Source of the DNA: Dehalococcoidia bacterium
GTDB lineage: Bacteria; Chloroflexota; Dehalococcoidia; GIF9; AB-539-J10
Reading direction: 5' to 3'
Length of the DNA: 64,000 bases
Assembly (NCBI GenBank): GCA_021157895.1
Contig: JAGGVQ010000006.1
Span: forward strand, 8,393 to 72,392
Part shown: positions 1 to 9,823 of the stretch, piece after piece
How the letters are laid out: each line of letters starts with the position of its first letter
Numbering within the stretch: position 1 is the stretch's first letter
Notes under the pieces: model-generated
What the model saw: only the letters and a program-made list of their open reading frames with translations
What the model was told of the DNA's origin: nothing
Database searches by the model: none
Program-made: the position numbers and the translations under genes

Positions 1-97
1 GATTTCGATAGGCGTACAGGCAGTGGTGATGGGGATTTTGTTTCTTGTGGGTGCATCATTCATACCTTGGAGCATTTTCTCAGGGCTTGGATCTTGA
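1..97 (+). CDS. 3' fragment of a gene running off the window edge. Frame 2 translates to a hydrophobic C-terminus (...GILFLVGASFIPWSIFSGLGS) ending at TGA 95-97.
   Basis: Open frame from the window edge, with a membrane-like composition. No start is visible. Confidence 0.3.
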   Translation, partial: ISIGVQAVVMGILFLVGASFIPWSIFSGLGS

Positions 98-207
98 CTA
101 ACATATAGTGGTGGTTGTTGTGGACTCTAGCCTTTGGTAATTTAGCCTGCCGATGATAGTTGTTGGATTATAGCCAAGAGGTTGAGCTTTGGGCATGAGT
201 AGCAAGG

Positions 208-236
208 GGCCGACTCAGAAAAGTCGGCCTTTTATA
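208..236 (+). terminator. Rho-independent terminator-like hairpin: ggccgact / cagaaa / agtcggcc followed by TTTTAT.
   Basis: Perfect 8-bp GC-rich stem and 6-nt loop followed by a T-run on the plus strand only. Confidence 0.55.
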
Positions 237-274
237 TCTGGTGGTGAGTTTGTATATTCTGGAGTGAAGGAAAG

Positions 275-348
275 CGACCCCGAGGGGATTTGAACCCCTG
301 ATCTCCACCGTGACAGGGTGGCATGTTAGACCGCTACACCACGGGGCC
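275..348 (-). tRNA. tRNA-Asp (anticodon GTC).
   Basis: The reverse complement folds as a cloverleaf: acceptor GGCCCCG/CGGGGUC, anticodon stem CCACC/GGUGG with loop CUGUCAC, T-loop GGTTCAAATCC. No CCA is encoded. Confidence 0.85.
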
Positions 349-354
349 ACACGT

Positions 355-428
355 GGGCCATTGTGGACTCGAACCACAGACCCCGGTCTTATCAGGACCG
401 TGCTCTAACCAACTGAGCTAATGGCCCT
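355..428 (-). tRNA. tRNA-Ile (anticodon GAT).
   Basis: The reverse complement reads GGGCCATTAGCTCAGTTGGTTAGAGC...CCTGATAAG...GGTTCGAGTCC...GGCCCA. The anticodon loop CUGAUAA gives GAT. It lies 6 nt from tRNA-Asp. Confidence 0.85.
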
Positions 429-530
429 CACGCTAAATATAAAGTCTCACCTCAAGAAAAGTCAAGGCAAGTACATACTTCGGCTGCACTTGAAGAAATC
501 TACCCATCGTTTGTTAGAGAAACGGCAAGG

Positions 531-1724
531 TTATATCAAGCTCAGGAAAATGCCAGCAACCACAGAACAGCCAATCGCGCCTGCCACGTTTGGTCCCATG
601 GCGTGCATCAATAGGAAGTTCCTGGGATTGGCCTTTTGGCCTTCTACCTGAGCTACCCTGGCTGCCATTGGGATAGCAGACACTCCTGCGGCACCAATTA
701 GGGGGTTGATCTTTTCCTTCAAGAAGAGATTTACAAACTGGACAGCAGCGATACCTCCTGCGGTGCATACAGCGAAGGCTATCGCTGCCAGCACAATGAT
801 GAGAAGGGTGCTGGTGTTTAGAAATACCACTGCTGGCATCAATGCTCCTACGGTGACTGTCAGTAAGATTGTAAGTATATCTATAAATGCTGTACTGGCT
901 GTGTGAGACAATCTTTCCGTCACTCCGCAGACATAAAGCAAGTTCCCGCCCATCAACATGCCAACCAGGGGTGCTGCTTTGGGAACGAATAGGGCGGTAA
1001 CCAGAAATATCGATATTGGGAAAAGTATCTTCTCTAGCTTGGAAACCTTACGAAACGCTGGCTTCATGTATATCTGTCGCTGTTTCTTAGTGGTCATAGC
1101 CCTGATAACAGGAGGTTGAAGTATGGGGACTAGAGCCATGTATGAATAGGCCACCAGTGCAATGGGACCAAGCAGATGGGGAGCTCTGGCCACCGCGAAG
1201 TATACTGCCACTGGTCCTGTGGCCCCTCCGATGATGCCGATGGAGGCAGCTTCAGGGAGAGAGAAGTGTCCTGTGAGGAGGGAAAGTATCAAGACAACAA
1301 AAATCCCGACCTGTGTTGCTGCACCGAATACCAGGTAAATGGGGCGAGAGATACAAGGTGTAAAATCAGTCATGGCCCCGATACAAAAGAACATGAGCAT
1401 AGGGATAATTTCTGTTTGGAGGCCGAATTGATAAAGAATGTTGAGCAGCCCGATCTTTCCTGAAGCGACCGCACTCATCAGTTCAGATATGTTCCCGTGT
1501 ATCTCCACGGGCATTGGTACTGCTCCCGCCGAAGAAGCAGGAGCGTGGAACATCAATCCTGCGAAAGGAACATTTACCAGCAGCATGCCGAACCCCATGG
1601 GAACGAGAAGAAGTGGTTCCATCTTCTTAACGATGCCGAGATAAATTAAAACCCCAGCGAGGAAGAACATTAGGATATTTCCCCACGTGAGGCCGGCAAA
1701 AGCCATCTCGTATAGTCCGAACAT
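531..1724 (-). CDS. oadB: Na+-translocating decarboxylase beta subunit (oxaloacetate/methylmalonyl-CoA/glutaconyl-CoA decarboxylase OadB/GcdB family); polytopic membrane protein.
   Basis: The 397-aa hydrophobic protein has the overall architecture and conserved stretches of the OadB family. An AGGAG ribosome-binding site lies 9 nt upstream. Confidence 0.7.
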   Translation of the reverse strand: MFGLYEMAFAGLTWGNILMFFLAGVLIYLGIVKKMEPLLLVPMGFGMLLVNVPFAGLMFHAPASSAGAVPMPVEIHGNISELMSAVASGKIGLLNILYQFGLQTEIIPMLMFFCIGAMTDFTPCISRPIYLVFGAATQVGIFVVLILSLLTGHFSLPEAASIGIIGGATGPVAVYFAVARAPHLLGPIALVAYSYMALVPILQPPVIRAMTTKKQRQIYMKPAFRKVSKLEKILFPISIFLVTALFVPKAAPLVGMLMGGNLLYVCGVTERLSHTASTAFIDILTILLTVTVGALMPAVVFLNTSTLLIIVLAAIAFAVCTAGGIAAVQFVNLFLKEKINPLIGAAGVSAIPMAARVAQVEGQKANPRNFLLMHAMGPNVAGAIGCSVVAGIFLSLI

Positions 1725-1762
1725 GCTACACTACTCCTGACTTAAATAATTTGTTCATGAAA

Positions 1763-1900
1763 TTAGCTTTTATATTTCTCAGGAAGTTTCTGGATCCCCA
1801 GTCCTATTCCCCATATTATCAGTGCTAAAATTATCAGTACTAACATAGTAACCCCAAAGCCCTCCAGACTGAGTGTTACTATCACAAAACTCCAGTCCAT
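1763..1900 (-). CDS. Small single-TM protein of 45 aa, absent from the ORF track. It may be a gamma/delta-like small subunit of the decarboxylase.
   Basis: The ATG ORF MDWSFVIVTLSLEGFGVTMLVLIILALIIWGIGLGIQKLPEKYKS sits immediately upstream of oadB in the same orientation. It has a hydrophobic helix and a basic tail. Confidence 0.4.
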   Translation of the reverse strand: MDWSFVIVTLSLEGFGVTMLVLIILALIIWGIGLGIQKLPEKYKS

Positions 1901-1941
1901 TTTTTACACTATCCTTATTCTAAGCTATCCCTGGCTATTCC

Positions 1942-2454
1942 TTATTCCTGCTGGGTTTCCTTTTCGCGCCACAGCCGTACTATTATACGCCTGATAATTT
2001 CATAAGGGAACCCCCTGTAGACTAAAAAACTGGATAAACGGCGATAAAAGTCAGCATAATTCAGTCCCTCCAGGCTATATAGGCGATTGCGGCCCAGTAC
2101 GTAAGCGTTACCCTCGTCATCTATATCTTGGATGACTTGCTCTACGATATCCCGGGAGACAGATTTATCCAGTAGCTCCTTCTTAATTAATCGTTTGCTT
2201 CTAGGCTTGAAAGTCAGGCGGTTTTCTTTCCAGAACTCGGCGAATTTGTAATCATCAAGCAAGCCTTGTTGGAGCAGGGTGTTGATGGTTCCATCTATAA
2301 TATTATCTTTAAATCCGCGCTGGCTGAGGCGATTCCGCATTTCGCCTTCACTGCGTGGTCGGTAGCTGAGATAGAGATAAGCTGCATTTAAGCAGGGAGT
2401 ACTTTTCTCATTCTCCGTGGTTGGAGTTTCAGGCATGCTGTATAGAGTTCTCAT
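1942..2454 (-). CDS. recX: RecA regulator RecX.
   Basis: A 170-aa protein lies directly downstream of recA with RecX-like helical repeat composition. This is the classic recA-recX arrangement. Confidence 0.75.
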   Translation of the reverse strand: MRTLYSMPETPTTENEKSTPCLNAAYLYLSYRPRSEGEMRNRLSQRGFKDNIIDGTINTLLQQGLLDDYKFAEFWKENRLTFKPRSKRLIKKELLDKSVSRDIVEQVIQDIDDEGNAYVLGRNRLYSLEGLNYADFYRRLSSFLVYRGFPYEIIRRIIVRLWREKETQQE

Positions 2455-2465
2455 CCTTGTTTTAT

Positions 2466-3503
2466 CTAGGTTTCTGGAGTTGGAGCTTTCTTGCTCTCTT
2501 TATCTACAGGATGTACAGGAAGCCCTATGGATGTTCTGATCTCGTGCTCTAGCTGTGTGGCTACATCAGGATGTTGCTTTAAGTAATCCTTGGCATTTTC
2601 CCTACCCTGGCCTAACCTTGTTTCCCCATAGGCGAAGTAAGTTCCTGACTTCTTTATTTTTCCCTCTGATAATCCGATATCAATTAAATTACCCTCTTTG
2701 CTTATGCCTTCATTGAACATGATGTCGAATTCGGTGTTGTGGAAGGGTGGAGCTACCTTGTTTTTAATGACTCTTGCTCTTACTCGAGAACCCACTACCT
2801 CTGAGCCATGTTTGATAGATTCGATCCGTCGCAAGTCTATTCTGACCGAGCTGTAGAACTTCAGAGCCCTACCGCCGGGAGTAACCTCGGGATTACCAAA
2901 AAATATGCCAACCTTCTCTCGAAGCTGGTTAATGAAGATAACAGATGTCTGCGAACGACTTATGATGCCAGTGAGCTTTCTTAATGCCTGAGACATCAAC
3001 CTGGCCTGTAAGCCGACATGGGCATCACCCATCTCGCCTTCGATTTCTGCCTTGGGTACCAGTGCTGCCACACTGTCTACGACAATCACATCTACGGCAT
3101 CGCTTCGTACCAGGGTTTCTGTTATTTCTAGTGCCTGTTCTCCGGTATCCGGCTGGGAAATGAGCAGATCATCTATGTTAACGCCACAGTGAGCTGCGTA
3201 TGTAGGGTCCAGGGCGTGTTCAACATCGATGTAGGCGGCGATGCCTCCTGATTTTTGAGCTTCGGCGATTATATGCTGGGCTAAAGTGGTTTTACCAGAA
3301 GCCTCAGAGCCGAAGATTTCGGTGACTCTGCCTCGAGGTATTCCTCCTATGCCCAAAGCTATGTCTAAGCCCAATGACCCGGTGGGTATAAAATCTATGG
3401 CTAGGCGTGACCATGTGCCTAATCTCATTATGGAACCTTTGCCAAATTGTTTGGCAACTTGCTCAATGGCGAGTTCCACTGCCTTTTCTTTATCTGTAGA
3501 CAT
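2466..3503 (-). CDS. recA: Recombinase RecA.
   Basis: Walker A motif GSEASGKTT, the canonical RecA core and full length (345 aa). Confidence 0.97.
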   Translation of the reverse strand: MSTDKEKAVELAIEQVAKQFGKGSIMRLGTWSRLAIDFIPTGSLGLDIALGIGGIPRGRVTEIFGSEASGKTTLAQHIIAEAQKSGGIAAYIDVEHALDPTYAAHCGVNIDDLLISQPDTGEQALEITETLVRSDAVDVIVVDSVAALVPKAEIEGEMGDAHVGLQARLMSQALRKLTGIISRSQTSVIFINQLREKVGIFFGNPEVTPGGRALKFYSSVRIDLRRIESIKHGSEVVGSRVRARVIKNKVAPPFHNTEFDIMFNEGISKEGNLIDIGLSEGKIKKSGTYFAYGETRLGQGRENAKDYLKQHPDVATQLEHEIRTSIGLPVHPVDKESKKAPTPET

Positions 3504-3508
3504 CAGGG

Positions 3509-4258
3509 CTATGTTAGCACAAGCATTTTTCCTGATTCAATAGGTGGTTTGGCCAGGGGTTGATTACTGGCTTTGTTTCTTTTCCCCCTCGAGCGGATTC
3601 TCCAGGCGATGCTTCCTGTGAACAGCGTTTCTGCTAGGATAAGGCCGCATCCGAACCAGGCGGCATCCTGCCAGAATCCTTCGGGAAATAGCATTATCAG
3701 ATAATCTGTGCTTGGGTCGAGCATCCAGTAGGAATTGCTGAAGCTAGTAATATGGAATTGTGTGAATATCCATTCGAAATTAATAACCGATGCAATGGCA
3801 AACATTCCAGTAAAAGCCAGGGTGAAGACGCACCCGGATATAATTCCTCCAGCTAAGTTTCGCCATCGCTCTTTGTTCCACAGCAGAAATAGCAGTGAGT
3901 AGATAATAATGTAGATAAAGCTTATCAGTTGAAGACGATGATTGAACTGGAATAAGTCTTTTACATCCTTGAGGTGAATAAGTTCGTAGTCGTGAAACAG
4001 GTCGAATTCTCCTCCGTGGTTAGGGGTCATCCTCATTTGGGGAGTTTCGACTCTGGAATTGAAGTAATCAATCAATCTGGTTGCTATTCCTTCCAGTTGT
4101 ACCTCATTTATTCCTGTCACTTCGGCTATGGCATATCGAGAGAAAGCGTATTCATAGGTGCACTTGCTATTGACCATTCCATGAATGGTACTGGTGATAA
4201 ATAGCAGAGGGAAGCATGTGATGAATAGGTAATGTGTGATTGTTGTAGCAAATTTCAT
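3509..4258 (-). CDS. Integral membrane protein (TIGR01906/DUF1461-like).
   Basis: Multi-TM ORF ending 5 nt before recA. The track ORF runs to 4309, but the likely start is the internal Met (MKFATTI...) at 4258, which leaves a 66-bp divergent region before dnaE. Confidence 0.5.
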   Translation of the reverse strand: MKFATTITHYLFITCFPLLFITSTIHGMVNSKCTYEYAFSRYAIAEVTGINEVQLEGIATRLIDYFNSRVETPQMRMTPNHGGEFDLFHDYELIHLKDVKDLFQFNHRLQLISFIYIIIYSLLFLLWNKERWRNLAGGIISGCVFTLAFTGMFAIASVINFEWIFTQFHITSFSNSYWMLDPSTDYLIMLFPEGFWQDAAWFGCGLILAETLFTGSIAWRIRSRGKRNKASNQPLAKPPIESGKMLVLT

Positions 4259-4324
4259 GATATTTTTTGCCGCGGCCTTGCTCTCCCAGGAGAGCAGGAC
4301 CTGCCCCATGCTATAATCCTAACT

Positions 4325-7300
4325 ATGCCACGCAAATTTACCCATCTCCATGTGCATACTGAGTATAGTCTACTTGATGGTATGTGTCGCATTCCGCAGT
4401 TGATTACCAGAACTAAGGAATTGGGCATGGATAGCATTGCTATCACTGATCATGGTGTCATGTACGGTGTCATTGATTTTTACATGGCTGCCAAGGACGC
4501 GGGAATTAAGCCTATTATTGGCTGTGAAGTTTATCTTGCTCAATCCAGCCGCCATAGGCGTGATCCTGCCAACCGTCGTCCATACCACCTCACCTTACTG
4601 GCCAAGAATGATAAGGGATACCGGAACCTGATACAACTGGTTACGAAGAGTAGCCTTGAGGGCTTTTACTACAAGCCTCGAGTGGATAAGGAACTGTTGT
4701 CTCTTCACCACGAAGGGCTTATTGCCCTTTCTGGATGTATTCAAGGAGAAGTGCCTCGCCTTATTTTGGATGGTAGACCTGATGAGGCAGCTCGAGCAGC
4801 TTCATGGTATAAAGAGGTTTTTCCCGATTACTACTTTGAAATTCAGAGGCATCCCATTCCTGCAGTCGAGCAAGTCAATGAGGGGCTTCTTTCTTTATCC
4901 TCCAAACTTGATATTCCACCTGTAGCGACCTTTGATGTTCATTATATCAATCGGGAGGATGCTGCTATCCACGAGTTGTTGCTGTGTATCCAGACGAACA
5001 CATCGATACATGATGAGAAGAGAATGAAGATGGCTGGTGACTATTTCTACCTCAGGAGTCCTGAGGAAGTGGAGGAGTTGTTTAGTAACCTACCTCAGGC
5101 GGTAGATAACACGCAGCGTATTGCTGATATGTGTCATTTGGAGTTGGATTTTACCCAGTTGCACTTGCCAAGAGTAGAAGTACCCCAGGGTAAGACAGAT
5201 GCGGATTACCTGAGTGAGCTTTGCTGGCAGGGGATGAAAACTCGTTACCCTGAGCCATCTCAGGAAGTTCAGGAACGGCTTGCTTATGAACTGGAGGTTA
5301 TTCATAAGACCCAATTTGACCAGTATTTCCTGGTTGTGCGGGATATTACCTCCTTCGCCAAAAGGGAGGGCATTTATTTTGGTGTCAGGGGCAGTGCTGC
5401 TGCCAGCGTAGCGTTATATTGTCTGGGTGTCACTGATATCGATCCATTACTTCATACTCTCGTTTTTGAACGTTTTCTTAATGTTGAACGTCTCCAGCCT
5501 CCTGATATCGACCTTGATTTTCAGGATGATCGCAGGGACGAGGTTTTATCTTATGTCACCGAGAAATATGGTAGCGACCGTGTAGCGCAGATCATTACCT
5601 TTGGCACTATGGGTGCCAAGGCGGCAGTAAGGGATACGGGAAGAGTTTTAGGTATGCCTTATGCTCAGGTTGACCGTGTAGCTCGAGCAATTCCCCAGGA
5701 CTTATCAATTTCACTGGATCGAGCTTTGCAGGAGAGCAGGGAGTTTTATGATATTTACCATCAAGATGATGAAGCACGCTCCCTGATTGATTCTGCTAGG
5801 AAGCTGGAGGGGTTGGTGCGACACTCTAGCACGCATGCTGCTGGAGTTGTCATCTCGTCTGAACCGTTGACGGAATATATGCCGCTGCAGATGGAGAAGA
5901 GGGGGGAACAGCATCTGGTTATGACCCAGTACCACATGGACAATGTTGCCCGATTGGGATTGCTGAAGATGGATTTCTTGGGATTATCTAATTTGACCTT
6001 GCTGGCTAAAGTACAGGCGATGGTAAGTCAGAAGCGGGGTATCTCTATAGATTTGAGACGTATTCCCCTTGACGATGTCAAGGCATTTCAATTATTGGCA
6101 TCGGGAGAGACTCACGGCATATTTCAATTGGAGAGTGCTGGGATGCGCCGGTACATAAAGGAACTTCAGCCAACAAAGTTTGCTGATATTTCCGCCATGA
6201 TAGCCCTCTATCGACCAGGACCGATGCAGCAGATTCCTACTTTTATAAAGGCGAAGCATGGTGTTATTCCTGTTAGTTACCCCCATCCTGCCCTGAAGGA
6301 TATTTTGGAGGAGACATATGGGGTTATTGTCTATCAAGAGCAGGTGATATTTATCGCTCGTGCTCTGGCTGGCTATAGCTTAGGGCAGGCTGACATCTTT
6401 CGTAAGGCGATGGGGAAAAAGATTGCTAGCGTGATGAAGAAAGAGGAACGCAATTTTATGATTGGTGCCAAGAAACAAGGGATACCAGGGAATGTGGCCA
6501 AAGAGGTCTTTCTCCTGATAGAGCCTTTCGCTGGCTATGCTTTCAATAAAGCTCATAGTGTTAGTTATGCGCTTATTGCTTACTATACTGCTTATCTTAA
6601 GGCAAACTATCCTGAGGAATATATGACAGCTTTTTTGAATACTTACATTGGAAATATGGATAAGGTTCATTCTGCAATCTCGGAGTGCCGTCGTCTCGGG
6701 ATTCATGTTCTACCTCCTGATGTTAGCCAGAGTCAGGCTCAATTTGCTATCGAAGATGGAGAGAAACCGGCGATACGCTTTGGATTGCTGGCTATCAAGA
6801 ATGTTAGTACCACTGCTATCAAGGCGATTTTATCTGCGCGGCAGGGGAAGGGGTCATTTGTATCTGTGGGGGACTTCAGTCATAGAGTCGATTTGCGCCA
6901 AGTGAATAGAAAAGTAATGGAAAGTTTGATTAAGGCGGGTGCCTTTGATTCTCTAGGTTCCCGTAAGGTACTTCTTGACTCGGTAAGCCAGATTATTTCC
7001 TCGGCTCAGCTTGAGCGGAGGATGATGGATTCCGGGCAAATGGGCTTGTTTGGCTCTAACCCTCCTGCCCCTGTGAAATTGGGCGTTGACACTGAGCAAA
7101 GAGAAGAAGTGTCGGTGAGGCAAAAGCTTATCTGGGAGAGGGAATTGCTGGGAGTTTATTTCTCGGCACATCATCTATATTTGGCAGATTCAGATTCTCT
7201 CCCTTCATCTCTCATTTCCTGTACTGAGATTGATTCCTCGATGGAGGACCACGTTGTGGTGATTGCTGGAGTGGTGGCCACATTGCGTCAGGTTTATAGC

Positions 7301-7765
7301 CGGGATCATCGCGTCTTTGTTATTGCTACTATTGAAGACCGAGATGGTAGCATGGAGGTCACAGTGTGGCCCAAGGTGTATGAAAGCACCAGGGGTTTAT
7401 GGCATGAAGGGAATATTTTGGTGGTCAGGGGGTTGGTTAAGGTGAGGAATAGCACGGTAGGTGTGAGTTGCCAGCAAGCGTGGCGTTACCAGCATGATGA
7501 ACAGGAGAACAATATCTCGAATTCTTCTGGCAAGCACCACCTGGTAATAAAGATCAAGCAAACCGAGGAGGTAGAGAAGGATATCAGGCGCCTTCATGAT
7601 GTTATGGAGATCTTGCGTAACCATTCAGGACAGGATAAAGCCTCTGTTAATGTGCTTAGTGGGAAAGAGAAAGTTAAGCTTAAGATGTCGGTAGGTTATT
7701 GCTCTAAGCTGGTTGATGAGTTGGCTAGTGTGGTGGGCAGGGACAGCTTGATTGTGGATGAATAG
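4325..7765 (+). CDS. dnaE: DNA polymerase III alpha subunit.
   Basis: PHP-domain N-terminus (MPRKFTHLHVHTEYSLLDG), a polymerase core and an OB-fold C-terminus. The start is taken at the Met of MPRKF rather than the upstream track start. A TATAAT at 4306-4311 may be the -10 element. Confidence 0.95.
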   Translation: MPRKFTHLHVHTEYSLLDGMCRIPQLITRTKELGMDSIAITDHGVMYGVIDFYMAAKDAGIKPIIGCEVYLAQSSRHRRDPANRRPYHLTLLAKNDKGYRNLIQLVTKSSLEGFYYKPRVDKELLSLHHEGLIALSGCIQGEVPRLILDGRPDEAARAASWYKEVFPDYYFEIQRHPIPAVEQVNEGLLSLSSKLDIPPVATFDVHYINREDAAIHELLLCIQTNTSIHDEKRMKMAGDYFYLRSPEEVEELFSNLPQAVDNTQRIADMCHLELDFTQLHLPRVEVPQGKTDADYLSELCWQGMKTRYPEPSQEVQERLAYELEVIHKTQFDQYFLVVRDITSFAKREGIYFGVRGSAAASVALYCLGVTDIDPLLHTLVFERFLNVERLQPPDIDLDFQDDRRDEVLSYVTEKYGSDRVAQIITFGTMGAKAAVRDTGRVLGMPYAQVDRVARAIPQDLSISLDRALQESREFYDIYHQDDEARSLIDSARKLEGLVRHSSTHAAGVVISSEPLTEYMPLQMEKRGEQHLVMTQYHMDNVARLGLLKMDFLGLSNLTLLAKVQAMVSQKRGISIDLRRIPLDDVKAFQLLASGETHGIFQLESAGMRRYIKELQPTKFADISAMIALYRPGPMQQIPTFIKAKHGVIPVSYPHPALKDILEETYGVIVYQEQVIFIARALAGYSLGQADIFRKAMGKKIASVMKKEERNFMIGAKKQGIPGNVAKEVFLLIEPFAGYAFNKAHSVSYALIAYYTAYLKANYPEEYMTAFLNTYIGNMDKVHSAISECRRLGIHVLPPDVSQSQAQFAIEDGEKPAIRFGLLAIKNVSTTAIKAILSARQGKGSFVSVGDFSHRVDLRQVNRKVMESLIKAGAFDSLGSRKVLLDSVSQIISSAQLERRMMDSGQMGLFGSNPPAPVKLGVDTEQREEVSVRQKLIWERELLGVYFSAHHLYLADSDSLPSSLISCTEIDSSMEDHVVVIAGVVATLRQVYSRDHRVFVIATIEDRDGSMEVTVWPKVYESTRGLWHEGNILVVRGLVKVRNSTVGVSCQQAWRYQHDEQENNISNSSGKHHLVIKIKQTEEVEKDIRRLHDVMEILRNHSGQDKASVNVLSGKEKVKLKMSVGYCSKLVDELASVVGRDSLIVDE

Positions 7766-7974
7766 TGTGCCAGCAATACAGATGCTGGGAGAGCTCTTAT
7801 TTTTCAATAGGCATGGCTGGGTGAGAGGCTTGTTTCCTATTGTCTGGGAATACTTCTTCGAGTGGCAGGGTAACTGAGATTGTATCGTGATATAATGCTT
7901 GATTAATCAGAGGTGGTCAGACATGTGCTACTGGATACTTTGATTATTTTGTTTATCAGGACAAACAAGGTGAA

Positions 7975-8718
7975 GTGAATAGCAAAAAAGGCATTTTCAT
8001 GATTCATGGAATGTGGGCGACTGCATCTTTCTGGGATAATTACCGCGATTATTTTCAGAGCGAGGGTTATGATACCCAAGCTGTTACCCTGTTATACCAT
8101 GCGAAGCCTCCATATCCTGAAGGGTTACGGCATGTAAGTCTCACGGATTATGTAGATCAGTGTGCCAGGGAAATTCAGAAGATGAATGATAAACCTGTGG
8201 TCATTGGACATAGTATGGGCGGAATTATAGCCCAGAAGATGGCCGAGATGGGTTTGGCAGACAAGCTGGTTTTGCTGGCTCCAGCCATAGCGCAGGGCAA
8301 ATTTGTGTTGCCCCGCTCGGTTTTCCACATGTTTTCCCATAACATGCTGGATATCCTGCTCAAGCGCCCCTTTCGCATTTCATTTAAGAAGGCTACAGAG
8401 AGAGTATTAAATGCTCTCCCTCCTGATGAACAGGAGAGGGAATATTCTGAGTTTGTTTATGAATCAGGCAAAGCCGCTATTGGTGTTATCATGGGGGAGA
8501 TTGGTGTCGATGCCGCCAATGTTGAATGTCCAGTGCTGGTTATTGTTGGTTTGTCTGATCGAGCGAGATCTCCACAGGTAAGTAAAAAGGTGGCGGACAA
8601 ATATTCGGCGCGGTATCTGGAGTACCCCGGATTTTGCCATCACATGGTATCTCAGCAGGGTTGGGAGAGAATAGCTGCAGATATAGTTACCTGGATCAGG
8701 AGTGATGAGCCGATATAG
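7975..8718 (+). CDS. Alpha/beta-fold hydrolase.
   Basis: GHSMGG nucleophile-elbow motif and the typical length. The start could instead be the second Met at 7999. Confidence 0.7.
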   Translation: MNSKKGIFMIHGMWATASFWDNYRDYFQSEGYDTQAVTLLYHAKPPYPEGLRHVSLTDYVDQCAREIQKMNDKPVVIGHSMGGIIAQKMAEMGLADKLVLLAPAIAQGKFVLPRSVFHMFSHNMLDILLKRPFRISFKKATERVLNALPPDEQEREYSEFVYESGKAAIGVIMGEIGVDAANVECPVLVIVGLSDRARSPQVSKKVADKYSARYLEYPGFCHHMVSQQGWERIAADIVTWIRSDEPI

Positions 8719-8835
8719 GTGGTGGGTGGATTTATATGTTTCAGGAACTGTATGCTTAGTTAGTGTTGATTCCATTTGAGGCGTTTCTCTTGCTTCCGCA
8801 GGTCATGATAAAATTAAATTAGGAGATGATGGTAT

Positions 8836-9141
8836 ATGGGCGATATTTTGGATGAGGCTACTACACTTATCAGGTGCAAGGAGTGTCCCTGGTATAAGAA
8901 TTGTATAGTTCCTGTGCATGCTAGTGTTGATGATGTCGAGCAGTTTCGGATGATGCTGCAAAGTGCTAGTCTCCCCGAGCAAACCAGAGAGGAGATAGGA
9001 AGAATCTTGGAGAGCATTGCTTCTGCGAGTCAGGATGTGATCTTGCAAAGCTGCCCTGTTTTTACCAAGAGGCTTAAGGATAACCCCAAACTGGCTCAGA
9101 GAATTAAGGAAATGATGCAACGTTGGGGGCAGGAGGAGTGA
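8836..9141 (+). CDS. Hypothetical 101-aa protein with an N-terminal CxxC...C cluster ([10 protein letters not shown]).
   Basis: Protein-like composition and an AGGAG ribosome-binding site 10 nt upstream. The overlapping minus-strand ORF looks like antisense noise. Confidence 0.5.
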   Translation: MGDILDEATTLIRCKECPWYKNCIVPVHASVDDVEQFRMMLQSASLPEQTREEIGRILESIASASQDVILQSCPVFTKRLKDNPKLAQRIKEMMQRWGQEE

Positions 9142-9151
9142 AAAGGTAAAA

Positions 9152-9787
9152 ATGGCGGGGCAAATAGGTAAGGTTGACAGGCCTCCGGCGCACAAGTTTG
9201 AGAAAAAAAAGAAGATTTATTTGGTACCTCTTGTGTATCATGGCGATGGCGCACCGGATGATTATAAAAAGAAATGCGATGATTATTGGCAACAGGTTGC
9301 GTCCCATCTGGATAATTTAGAGGCGAAGATTGGCAAGATAACACATGTGTATCATGAGTCAATCACCATGCGAGGAGAAGAGGGACTGAAAGTCATAAAG
9401 AACTTAAATTCTGGGAGTTACCACATCTCTAAAAATAGATGTGATAATGGCGCTGTCCTTGAGGTTCTGGAGCAGGAAGATATTCTCGCTGAGACTATGG
9501 ATTGGGAGAGATGTCTATTCATGGGGTTGATGAGTGAGAAGGTGGCCAATAAGATATATGAATTCTACGCGGAGGTCTCTAAAAAGAGATATGAGATGAT
9601 GGCTGAGAAATTGGGGGAAACTCTTGGGGAGGGGGAGTCTGGTTTGTTATTTATCAGGGAGGGCCATAATCTGCAGTTTCCCGATGATGTCGAGGTATTC
9701 AGCGTTTTTCCACCGGCTCTGGATGATATTCACCGCTGGCTTCGTGACCGTGGTGGTGAGGGAAAGGGGAAAGATAAAAAAAAATAA
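9152..9787 (+). CDS. Hypothetical 211-aa protein with no recognisable family. It contains A8 and A9 homopolymer tracts encoding Lys runs.
   Basis: Long ORF with coding-like composition, co-directional and tightly spaced with the neighbouring genes. Confidence 0.5.
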   Translation: MAGQIGKVDRPPAHKFEKKKKIYLVPLVYHGDGAPDDYKKKCDDYWQQVASHLDNLEAKIGKITHVYHESITMRGEEGLKVIKNLNSGSYHISKNRCDNGAVLEVLEQEDILAETMDWERCLFMGLMSEKVANKIYEFYAEVSKKRYEMMAEKLGETLGEGESGLLFIREGHNLQFPDDVEVFSVFPPALDDIHRWLRDRGGEGKGKDKKK

Positions 9788-9823
9788 AGAAGATGAGGAT
9801 TAGTTTTTTCTAGCGGGAGAATT

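Noticed and set aside
168-651. ORFs 168-377 (minus) and 421-651 (plus).
   Set aside because: They overlap the tRNA-Asp and tRNA-Ile genes and the antisense strand of oadB.
3504-3600. LexA/Cheo-type SOS box upstream of recA.
   Set aside because: No GAAC-N4-GTTC or other clear palindrome was found. recA sits 5 nt after the upstream gene.
8803-9195. A 130-aa minus-strand ORF overlapping the 101-aa plus-strand gene.
   Set aside because: Leu/Ser-rich, low-complexity translation typical of antisense noise. The plus-strand ORF has a ribosome-binding site and protein-like composition.
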